NCBI GenBank assembly: GCA_964458565.1
Contig: CAYWJO010000046.1
Coordinates: 1 to 26,298 of the forward strand
Direction of reading: 5' to 3'
Source: an uncultured archaeon
GTDB taxonomy: Archaea; Asgardarchaeota; Thorarchaeia; Thorarchaeales; Thorarchaeaceae
Length of the DNA stretch: 26,298 bases
Position numbers and translations under genes: made by a program. The notes under the pieces were generated by a model. That model had not been told where the DNA came from, searched no databases, and saw only the letters and a list, made by a program, of their open reading frames with translations. This document shows, piece after piece, positions 10,052 to 18,690 of this stretch (its first letter is position 1; every line of letters begins with the position of its first letter).

Positions 10052-13012
10052 TTGAACCTGCTCCATAAACGACTAGTAACAATGATGCTCCTCACACTCT
10101 TTGTAACAGGTAGTGTGATCGCAATTGCACCAATCACTGAAAACTCTAATTCATCAATAGTGACCACAGATGTTTCATCAGACTATAAAATTGCTGAGTC
10201 ACTAATGGATATAGCAATCCCCTACATCGATGCCCATTATGGATCTGCAGATGGGATAATTGATCCAACTGAATATTCTGTCGAGTATACGGACTCAGTT
10301 ACTGGAATAACTGTACATATGGAGCATAACGGTACAGTTCTTTTCGTTGGTCTTGAAGCACCCACATCTGGTTGGATTGCCTTTGGATGGCAAAATTACA
10401 CATCCGGATTTAACACTGAAGGTCTCAACGGAAGCGACCTAATCTTCGGTTATGCTCCTGGTGAACCCCATGCAGATGTGCCCAGAGTAACTGGAAGTGA
10501 GCCGGTTACAGTACATTATATCCTGAAGTTCCAAAATGGAACAATCTTCCAAGAAGGGGATGTACCAGGTGATGATTCCACAACTCCAATTAGCGATGAA
10601 TTACTTCTTCCGGACTATAGGGATCAAATTTATGGTATGCGAGTTGGTGAGACTCGACATTTCATTATTCCTGCAGAACGTGGTTACAATAGAGTTGGAG
10701 AACTCCTATACGGGGAGGACCTAGAATATATCATTACGCTCAACAGAATTGCAGGCAACTATGATAATCCTACTGATTCTAGTGAGGTTGTTTATAGTGA
10801 CCAGCACGGATTGAGCACTTATCAGCATCTTCCAGATAGTAACCAAGAGCAAATTCTTGCAGCTAATGCTAGTGATGACGGTACACGAACTCAGCTGGAG
10901 TACTTCATTAAAATGATGAGTTCCGACAGTGATGACATCTCGCTAATCAATTCAACTGAATTACGTTATCCTCTCACACTGTTGTTTGGTGCGACTGAAG
11001 ACATTACTCAGCTACCTGTGCAGCACTCAGACTGGTCCAAGCCAATCATGATTAATTTTGTACCTAATGTGGGACCAACTGTAGAAGTTGTCAGTCACGA
11101 ACAAGATGAGGTTATTGAATGGGTTGCTAATTTCCAAGTTGAAGCGAGCGACAATACATATGTCCGAAGAGTTGAATGCAAAATCGATGATGAAGAGGAA
11201 TGGCAACCTTTGAAGTACGACTTTCTGTCCAACCTCTGGAAGATTACACTCGATGCATCACTTTATTCTGAGGATAATCATGTAGCGACGTTCCGTGCAA
11301 TTGATCCATCAAATACAACAGGCTATACAACCCTCGACTTCTTAATCGACCGTCCCTATGTGCCTTTCTTGGGTATGCGCGTTGAGGTTGCGCGAACAGT
11401 AAATACTGAGCTCTTTCAAACAACTTCGGTGGATGATACCTTTACTGTGCGGAATAATGGCTCAGCACCGATTGGCGCAATAGAACTTTACTTACCTCTT
11501 TCATATGCTAACAATTTCTTGTCCATCTACGGAAATGATGAAAACGGCAAATCACTCAAGATTGTCCGTCTTGATGATTCAGAGGATGTTATGCGATGGC
11601 GAGTCTATTTCTTCCAATCCGTTGGATATGATGAGGACTATCAATTTACAGTCGTTTCAAACTATCATTCATTGACGTCAATATTGGAATTTGATGAAAA
11701 CCTATATAGCTTGAAATTTCTGAGATTTCCAGTTGTTCCTTACGTCTTAACTAAAGCTTCTCTAACCATAAACACTCGTAGTGGCGACTCACTAGAAGGA
11801 GCTTCACCTGATACAACTGAAACCAACATTGCACCAATGACGATTAGTGTCTTCAGTATGACAATGACCTCCTATACACCCCTAATAGTTGGACACCGAA
11901 CAACAGAAATCATTATGGATTCATGGGGCTGGTTAAACTACAAGGAAACAATCACTCTTGATAATATCGGTCCTTCAAGGGAGAACATTCTACTCTTCAC
12001 TGTACCTGCATATTCCACAGGTATCAAGATTTATGATCAAGTTGGTGTATTAGCTGCATCACAACCCGGTGATTATAACTGGAATCAAACATTGAACCTA
12101 CAAATCAATTTAAGAACTGATAGATTCGGTGTGGATGGATTCATGCCAGATTATAGCTATACCTTCTTCATAACCTACAGTATCCAAACCGAAAAACATC
12201 AAGAAGCCATCAATACTGGTAACAAACTAGACATACCATTAGGAACAATGGGTGAACTACGAATTGTTGAACATCAGATTGATGTCATAATCCCTGATTC
12301 ATTGGGTATTGTGGATATCACCGATGGGTATCGAAGACTATATGGCGTCTTTGATTCAACTTACAGGTTCACTCAATATAATGGGACTAAATACAATCCT
12401 CTTCAAATCTCAGTGATTTATCAGGTTTCTATAGCTGTTCTTTCAAGACCTCTCTTGTTTGCATTAATAATAGGTCTAGTTGCTCTAGCTTACGTGGCTC
12501 TAAGGAAGGTCGAAGTAGCTGCTGAAACACTCAGCCCACGTATTGATGATGATTACGATGCTGCTGATTCTCGTCCTACCGGAGCGCCTCCTGAGATTGT
12601 TCGCAAATTCGCTACTCTGTACTCTCGAAAGACATCACTAAATATCGATCTTGAGAAACTAGAGGCCTCCCGTCGGAGAGGGAAAATTAAGCAGCGGGAA
12701 TTCATGTTACGTGATCGTGATATCAAATCCCAGATTGAAAATATCGATACAGAATTAGTGGGAGTACGTGGTGAACTACTTGGATACGGTTCAAGATATC
12801 GTGATATGATTGGCCAGCTTGAGCTAGAAAACGAAAAGATTGAAGGTGCAAAAGCTGGGCTTAGACAACTTCTCCGTAGGAAGAAGAAAGCCCAGATTAG
12901 CAGAGCCGCCTTTGAGAAAATCCGTCAGGATTACCTAAAGACAATCAAGAAGGCTACAACTGCAACCGACCGTATCTTACTCACCCTTCAGGAAGAGGCT
13001 GGGGACATATAA
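10052..13012 (+). CDS. Ribophorin I (OST1/RPN1)-like type I membrane protein with N-terminal DOMON, inserted FKBP-like and Ig-like domains
   Basis: Signal peptide; DOMON strands (GWIAFG, GSDLIFG, SD.H, D.DD); FKBP (VTVHY..GT.F..GMRVGETR..IIP....Y); Ig-like domain; RPN1-like motifs TTEIIMDSWGWLNYKETITL, VPAYSTGIKIYDQVG, IDVIIPD, VIYQ...SRPLL+TM; charged helical cytosolic tail. GGTGA at 10041-10045 precedes the TTG. Confidence 0.78.
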   Translation: MNLLHKRLVTMMLLTLFVTGSVIAIAPITENSNSSIVTTDVSSDYKIAESLMDIAIPYIDAHYGSADGIIDPTEYSVEYTDSVTGITVHMEHNGTVLFVGLEAPTSGWIAFGWQNYTSGFNTEGLNGSDLIFGYAPGEPHADVPRVTGSEPVTVHYILKFQNGTIFQEGDVPGDDSTTPISDELLLPDYRDQIYGMRVGETRHFIIPAERGYNRVGELLYGEDLEYIITLNRIAGNYDNPTDSSEVVYSDQHGLSTYQHLPDSNQEQILAANASDDGTRTQLEYFIKMMSSDSDDISLINSTELRYPLTLLFGATEDITQLPVQHSDWSKPIMINFVPNVGPTVEVVSHEQDEVIEWVANFQVEASDNTYVRRVECKIDDEEEWQPLKYDFLSNLWKITLDASLYSEDNHVATFRAIDPSNTTGYTTLDFLIDRPYVPFLGMRVEVARTVNTELFQTTSVDDTFTVRNNGSAPIGAIELYLPLSYANNFLSIYGNDENGKSLKIVRLDDSEDVMRWRVYFFQSVGYDEDYQFTVVSNYHSLTSILEFDENLYSLKFLRFPVVPYVLTKASLTINTRSGDSLEGASPDTTETNIAPMTISVFSMTMTSYTPLIVGHRTTEIIMDSWGWLNYKETITLDNIGPSRENILLFTVPAYSTGIKIYDQVGVLAASQPGDYNWNQTLNLQINLRTDRFGVDGFMPDYSYTFFITYSIQTEKHQEAINTGNKLDIPLGTMGELRIVEHQIDVIIPDSLGIVDITDGYRRLYGVFDSTYRFTQYNGTKYNPLQISVIYQVSIAVLSRPLLFALIIGLVALAYVALRKVEVAAETLSPRIDDDYDAADSRPTGAPPEIVRKFATLYSRKTSLNIDLEKLEASRRRGKIKQREFMLRDRDIKSQIENIDTELVGVRGELLGYGSRYRDMIGQLELENEKIEGAKAGLRQLLRRKKKAQISRAAFEKIRQDYLKTIKKATTATDRILLTLQEEAGDI

Positions 13013-13085
13013 GGCCCCAAACCTCCTCTTGAGGAAATCTTATCAAAGAAAAGCCCTTTAGCTTATATCCATTATTGGTGATTTT

Positions 13086-13940
13086 ATGGACGATATCCAA
13101 GTATTTGAAAGAGATAATGTAGGCGCTGCTGATTTGATTCCTAAGGATTCAAAGGCGATGCAGATGTACCAATACCTGAAAAACAATCCAAAGATTCAAT
13201 CGTATCTTCGCACTGCTAATAGGATGGCTGTTTCCCGACTTGGGTATACTGATCATGGTCCAACGCATGCCGAAGTAGCTGCTTGGAATGCTCTCAGAGT
13301 TTTCGATATCCTTACTCAAACATTCCAACCGAATGTTGTTGCAGAAGAAATTGGAGATCTCGATGATGCCCGTTTGGTCGTTGCTGCAGCTACTTACATA
13401 CATGATATGGGTATGACAATACATAGAAATGAACACACTCAAGCCTCTGTTAATCTGGCTGCACCTATTTTAGAAAAGAAGTTAGAAGATATCTATCCAA
13501 ATCCCGGCCAAGCAACCGATATTCTCTCTATGATTCTTCATAGCATCTATGCACATGATGATGACACTCAATGTCTTACATTAGAAGCTGGAATGACCAA
13601 AATAGGTGATGGTTGTGACCTAACTAAAGGTCGAACTATAGTTCCTTATCACAAAGGGAAAGTAGACATTCATTCAGTGAGCGCTCTTGCTATTCGGAAT
13701 GTAATTCTTAGACCTGGAAAAGAAAAACCACTGCAAATCACAGTTGCTATGGACAACCCAGCTGGAGTATTTCAAGTCCAAGCAGTTTTGGAGAAGAAAA
13801 TATCAACATCTGGTCTTCGAGATCACGTCGAAATTATTGTGTTAGTGAATGGTGATGAGCTCGAACTCTCTCAAGTAAAACGTCTCTTTCGAGTTGAGAT
13901 CCACCCCTCTCCAGATACAATTCCAGTTAAGGAGAAATAA
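13086..13940 (+). CDS. HD-domain metal-dependent phosphohydrolase
   Basis: RLGYTDHG..H, HDMG..IHR..H, AHD, GDGCD...GR and DIHSVSA motifs. Confidence 0.88.
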   Translation: MDDIQVFERDNVGAADLIPKDSKAMQMYQYLKNNPKIQSYLRTANRMAVSRLGYTDHGPTHAEVAAWNALRVFDILTQTFQPNVVAEEIGDLDDARLVVAAATYIHDMGMTIHRNEHTQASVNLAAPILEKKLEDIYPNPGQATDILSMILHSIYAHDDDTQCLTLEAGMTKIGDGCDLTKGRTIVPYHKGKVDIHSVSALAIRNVILRPGKEKPLQITVAMDNPAGVFQVQAVLEKKISTSGLRDHVEIIVLVNGDELELSQVKRLFRVEIHPSPDTIPVKEK

Positions 13941-14048
13941 TGGTAGCCCCGCCAAGACTCGAACTTGGGTCACCGGGGTTTTTCGCCAAGGAGCTTGATG
14001 CTCTTTGCCACCAAAACCCGATATGATGGACCGCTACACCACGGGGCT
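13941..14048 (-). tRNA. tRNA-Gln(UUG) with a 32-nt intron at 37/38 (13979-14010) and genome-encoded CCA
   Basis: Reverse complement folds to a 76-nt cloverleaf: acceptor AGCCCCG/CGGGGCT (A1-U72), anticodon stem TCGGG/CCCGG, anticodon TTG, T arm CCAAG-TTCGAGT-CTTGG, ACCA end. Bulge-helix-bulge: GG|T bulge, TTTT/GAAA helix, AA|C bulge. Confidence 0.96.
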
Positions 14049-14118
14049 GTTGAGTTTTTTGAATTATGATTAGTGTAAAAAACATTCTGTAGAGGCCTTG
14101 TCATAAAGTAGATTCCAT

Positions 14119-15003
14119 CTAACCGATTTCAGTCATTGAATCTATCAATTCTGATAATCTTTCTTTATCTAGTTCTCTCTCGAATAATGGTTTCTTGTCT
14201 TTTTCATATGCACCAGAATTATCTACAAATGTTGGTTTCGAATTTTCATATAGAACTCCTAATGGATACTTGTTTCGTTCTATTGCTTTTTTAAACGCTT
14301 CAACATGGTCTGTAGGATCATAGGATTCAGGTAAGTAGTAGGTATTCTCCTTATACCACCTGTAATTATTGATACGATTATAGGTCACACATGGCTGAAA
14401 TATGTCAAGAATTGCGAACCCCTTGTGACGTATCGCCTTCATCATGAGTTGTTTTGTTTGTTCTTTATCACTACCGAATGCTCTTCCTACAAATGATGCA
14501 TCAAGAGATATTGCTATGGCTAATGGATTGAAAGGTGTATTTGTAACTCCATGTCTGTCCGCTGTCTGGACTGAGGTTATGAAACCACTCTGGCTTGTTG
14601 GAGATGCCTGGCCCTTCGTGAGCCCATAGACCATATTATTGTGCACAAACATCGTGATATTTGGGTTTCTCAAAATTGTATGCACGAAGTGATTTCCCCC
14701 TTCCCCATAAGAACAACCATCTCCACTTTCAACAATGACTTTGAGATCGGGATTTGCAGCATTTATTGCCATTGCTGGTGATAAGGCTCTGCCATGAAGA
14801 CCATTGAACACGTTTGCTTTCACATAATGTCCCATCTTTGCAGCCTGTCCAATACCAGATACAATAACAACCTCTTGTGGTCTAAGTTCGAGTTCAGTCA
14901 GTGCCTCTTGTAGTGTTTCGCGTATCTGATAATTACCGCAACCAGGACACCACGCAATGTCATAGTTCACATCATTCATTATTTCAAAATCGTTTCTCAC
15001 CAA
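14119..15003 (-). CDS. 2-oxoacid:ferredoxin oxidoreductase beta subunit
   Basis: WCPGCG, VSGIG, LHGR, TPP motif GDG...NNMVYGLTKGQASPT, QPCVTYN. Confidence 0.93.
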   Translation of the reverse strand: MVRNDFEIMNDVNYDIAWCPGCGNYQIRETLQEALTELELRPQEVVIVSGIGQAAKMGHYVKANVFNGLHGRALSPAMAINAANPDLKVIVESGDGCSYGEGGNHFVHTILRNPNITMFVHNNMVYGLTKGQASPTSQSGFITSVQTADRHGVTNTPFNPLAIAISLDASFVGRAFGSDKEQTKQLMMKAIRHKGFAILDIFQPCVTYNRINNYRWYKENTYYLPESYDPTDHVEAFKKAIERNKYPLGVLYENSKPTFVDNSGAYEKDKKPLFERELDKERLSELIDSMTEIG

Positions 15004-16737
15004 TCATGACACCTCCTGTCTACTACCACCCTCGATAAATTCGATAACATCCTCAACAGCAAAGGGTAGTCCATCATACTTCAGCAGCTTGTTTTCCTGA
15101 GGTATTTGAAATCCCGTTTCTGTTAGAATAACATCCGCAAACTGTCCTGTTACATTGTTTTCAACAATGAGAACCTCATCAGCTCTTTCCAATGGATTTC
15201 GTATAATATCTGGAAGAGGATAAACCTGACTGAAATGCATCGATGCCACATCATCAGATTGCAATTCATCAAGTGCTTCCCTTACAACATGGAAGTTTGA
15301 TCCCCATGAAATTATCAGGGACTTATAGTTATCAGGGCCAATCACTCTAGGATTGATGAAATCATCTCGTATCTTTTCGAATTTTCTCATCCTCTTTTCG
15401 ACCATCTTTGGTGCAGTAATGAGATTTTCAGTGATATGACCGTCTTCATCATGCTCATCACTATCTGCAACGACAGTTCCTTGTCCATTATTTGGAATTC
15501 CTCTGGGAGATATTCCATCTGCTGTAAGACGATATCTTTGATAATCCTGCTTTGTTTTTGATATGTATGATGTATTTTCTATGGCAGACAAATCCAATTT
15601 CGGAATATTATAGGAGGAATCCACAAAGTACTGATCTGTCAATACAAACACTGGTACCTGAAATTTTGCGGCCACATTGAATGATTGTTGAGTAAGGATG
15701 AATGCCTCTTCCAACGTCCCTGGAGCGAAAACAATTCTTGGAAAGTCACCATGACCTGCATTGATTACATGTCTGAGGTCTCCTTGTGCAGTTCGAGTTG
15801 GCAGTCCTGTTGCAGGACCAGGTCTCTGAGCAAGGTGAATGACCATTGGGCTTTCCATCATCCCTGCAAGACTCAATCCTTCAGTCATCAATGCAAATCC
15901 ACCCCCCGAAGTTGTCACCATAGCACGTCCACCGGCGTACCAGGCTCCTATTCCCTTGTTTATAGCTGAAATCTCATCTTCAGTCTGATCCACGACCATT
16001 CCAAACTTACAAGCTTGCTGTGCTAAGAAAGTCAAAACACCTGTGGAGGGTGACATGGGATAGGATGCAATAAAGTTGCAGCCCCCCGCTATTGCTCCTA
16101 ATGCGATTGCATCTGTCCCACCAAGAATGAGTTCATGTTTAATCTCAGGATTCTTTCTGATTTGGAACGATACCTCTTCCGACTTTACTAGGTCCGAACC
16201 TATCTTATGACCTCTGTCATACGCTTCGATATTCTGCTGTACAATTTTCTCTCCCTTCCTGGCAAATCTTTTTGTCAGGTATTCATAAACCAGGTTTGGT
16301 GTAACCTCAAAAATGGCAGCAATGACTCCGGATGCAACAGTGTTGGTATAGATAGATCCACCAATTTCTTTTGCGATGTCCGAAAAGGGGACTTCAATTG
16401 ATTTTCCTGATTCAGACCCTCTCTTGTTGTGAAGATATTCCTTTTCGCCGATTAAAAGTGTGTCAGTACTAAGTCTAGAGTATCTTTCAAGATGAGGAAT
16501 TGCTGTAACACTTAATGGCACCGCGATATCAGTTCTTCTTAGATACGAGACTCTCCTATCTGATGATATCCTCAATTGTAGAGAGTTAGTCCCTCCTCGA
16601 ATTCTAGACATGAACTCTCTTGTCACAAATACATGATATCCAGCTTCTTTCACCACGGTAGCCAACATTCCGGCTACTGTTTCAATCCCTTGCCCCGCGG
16701 CACCAGCTAATACTATAGAGGCATCAGAACTTGTCAA
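15004..16737 (-). CDS. 2-oxoacid:ferredoxin oxidoreductase alpha subunit (gamma-alpha fusion)
   Basis: GAAGQGI, SRIRGG, YPMSPST, EDEI, TTSGGGF.LM.E, QRPGPATGLPT. The GTG at 16746 is part of the AGGTGA SD, so in-frame TTG 16737 is preferred. Confidence 0.93.
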   Translation of the reverse strand: MTSSDASIVLAGAAGQGIETVAGMLATVVKEAGYHVFVTREFMSRIRGGTNSLQLRISSDRRVSYLRRTDIAVPLSVTAIPHLERYSRLSTDTLLIGEKEYLHNKRGSESGKSIEVPFSDIAKEIGGSIYTNTVASGVIAAIFEVTPNLVYEYLTKRFARKGEKIVQQNIEAYDRGHKIGSDLVKSEEVSFQIRKNPEIKHELILGGTDAIALGAIAGGCNFIASYPMSPSTGVLTFLAQQACKFGMVVDQTEDEISAINKGIGAWYAGGRAMVTTSGGGFALMTEGLSLAGMMESPMVIHLAQRPGPATGLPTRTAQGDLRHVINAGHGDFPRIVFAPGTLEEAFILTQQSFNVAAKFQVPVFVLTDQYFVDSSYNIPKLDLSAIENTSYISKTKQDYQRYRLTADGISPRGIPNNGQGTVVADSDEHDEDGHITENLITAPKMVEKRMRKFEKIRDDFINPRVIGPDNYKSLIISWGSNFHVVREALDELQSDDVASMHFSQVYPLPDIIRNPLERADEVLIVENNVTGQFADVILTETGFQIPQENKLLKYDGLPFAVEDVIEFIEGGSRQEVS

Positions 16738-16823
16738 ATGATTCACCTTATGAAACGGAATATATCCTGTTTCACTTAAAGAGTTGTCATGAGGTTGTTT
16801 CTGTAGAACCTTTCAGAATAGTA

Positions 16824-17138
16824 TCAATCGAGACCAAAAGGGATGCCCTGATCTAGGATGGCATTTGGTATCTTTTCTTTCCATCTTTCTAAGAAGGCTG
16901 TTTCATACTTCTTTTGGATTTCATCATTCAGCCTATTATCATCTGGGAGCATACACGCTATACCATCAATAACAGGATACCAACGATTGCAATTGGGACA
17001 GGTGATGAGAGCTTCGTCTATTTCCTCAATTTGCTCTTCATTTGACTCAATCATGTGAGAAGCAAATACCTCTAGATCAAGTACATTTCGGCAATCCTTG
17101 GCAGGGCAAGCGAGAATGTCCATTAACCATCGCTTCAT
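16824..17138 (-). CDS. trm112: Trm112-family methyltransferase activator
   Basis: MKRWLMDILACP..C...L.CPNC.RWYPVIDGI..MLPD; start ATG 17138. Confidence 0.88.
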   Translation of the reverse strand: MKRWLMDILACPAKDCRNVLDLEVFASHMIESNEEQIEEIDEALITCPNCNRWYPVIDGIACMLPDDNRLNDEIQKKYETAFLERWKEKIPNAILDQGIPFGLD

Positions 17139-17271
17139 ATTATGATGCCTCCAGCAATTGTGAATCATGCTTTGGATACGATTTAAATGATTCTAGAAAC
17201 TCTTTATCATCTACCGACAAATGAGAAAGTCTATTTGGATGGTTTAGTTCGAGTCAAAAATAGTATCTCTG

Positions 17272-18690
17272 GTGGCTAAAATCATGGAGTTCAAACATCC
17301 GTATATTCCTATGACCGTAGAAACAGAAAGGGAAATGTTAGAATCAATTGGTAAGAAGGATATAGAGGATTTATTTTGCAATGTCCCAGATGAATTTCGT
17401 TTGAAGCGAGATCTCAATCTTCCTGATTCGCATTCTGAATACGAAGTCATGGCTAGGATTCGCGAACTAGCTGAGAAGAACAGTCCTGCAGATGATGGCC
17501 AGATCTTCCTAGGTTCTGGTGTTGGGTTACACTATATCCCTAGATTAGTTCCGTCCCTTGCTGGACGCTCTGAATTTCTAACAGCTTACACTAGCTATCA
17601 GCCAGAAGTAAGCCAGGGAATGCTACAAACACTTTTCGAATATCAGAGTCTACTTGCAGAAATACTGGATATGGATGTTGTCAACTCTTCAATGTATGAT
17701 ATGGCCACAGGGCTTGGAGAAGCCGTCCGAATGGCTGTCCGCGTGAATCGCAGACGATCAAAATTTCTCATTCCCGGTACAATCAACCCCGAGCATTATG
17801 AGGTGATGATTACTTATACAGAACCCGCTGATATCGAAATCGTAAAACTTGGTTATGACTCATCCACAGGGTTAATGGACCTTGATGACCTGAGAGCAAA
17901 ACTCGATGATGATGTTGCTGGAGTATACCTGGAGAATCCTAGTTATCTTGGTTTTATTGAAACACAGGTTGACAAAATCAATCAGATAGTACATGATGCT
18001 GGTGCCCTATTGGTAGCAGGGATTGATGTTCTCTCAATGGGATTACTCCGTCCTCCTGGCGATTATGGTGCGGATATTGTGATTGCAGAAGGACAGGTAT
18101 TGGGATCTCCTGTGTCATATGGTGGCCCTCTACTAGGCGTATTCGGATGCACAATGGATCGGAAACTTGTATATCAACTACCAGGGCGTCTTGTGGGGAT
18201 GACCCGTACTATGGAAGAGCCTTATGAAAGGGGTTTTGTACTTACTCTCAGCCCACGAGAGCAGCATATACGCAGGGAGAAAGCCACAAGTAACATCTGC
18301 TCAAATCAAGCATTAGCTGCTGTAACTGCTGCAATATACATGTCAACACTTGGACCTGATGGTATAAAGGAACTAAGTGAAACAATAGCATACAAATCCG
18401 CCTATGCTGCAAGGAAACTGGACGCTATCCCTGGAATCGAAGCACCTGCTATTGGTGAATATATTTGGAAGAATTTCGTTATTCGATTCAGCAATGGTAT
18501 GTCTGCAGAGTATGTATTTCAAGAACTTCTCAAATCAGGAATACAGTGTGGAGTTGTTCTCGATAATGATAAGCAGTGGGCTAAAGAGTCGCTCCTTCTT
18601 TCTGTTACGGAGTTTCACTCATTAGAAAAAATAGACAATCTGATACAATCCTTACAATCAATTGTTACGGATGGAGGTGTATCCAGATGA
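17272..18690 (+). CDS. gcvPA: Glycine dehydrogenase (decarboxylating) subunit 1
   Basis: F.TAYT.YQPEVSQG.LQ..FEYQ, NSSMYD, REQHIRREKATSNICSNQ; start may be ATG 17284. Confidence 0.96.
   Translation: MAKIMEFKHPYIPMTVETEREMLESIGKKDIEDLFCNVPDEFRLKRDLNLPDSHSEYEVMARIRELAEKNSPADDGQIFLGSGVGLHYIPRLVPSLAGRSEFLTAYTSYQPEVSQGMLQTLFEYQSLLAEILDMDVVNSSMYDMATGLGEAVRMAVRVNRRRSKFLIPGTINPEHYEVMITYTEPADIEIVKLGYDSSTGLMDLDDLRAKLDDDVAGVYLENPSYLGFIETQVDKINQIVHDAGALLVAGIDVLSMGLLRPPGDYGADIVIAEGQVLGSPVSYGGPLLGVFGCTMDRKLVYQLPGRLVGMTRTMEEPYERGFVLTLSPREQHIRREKATSNICSNQALAAVTAAIYMSTLGPDGIKELSETIAYKSAYAARKLDAIPGIEAPAIGEYIWKNFVIRFSNGMSAEYVFQELLKSGIQCGVVLDNDKQWAKESLLLSVTEFHSLEKIDNLIQSLQSIVTDGGVSR

Noticed and set aside
13941-14048. 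tRNA as an integration site for a mobile element
   Set aside because: No integrase, transposase or repeated tRNA 3' end was seen, and the flanks are housekeeping genes.
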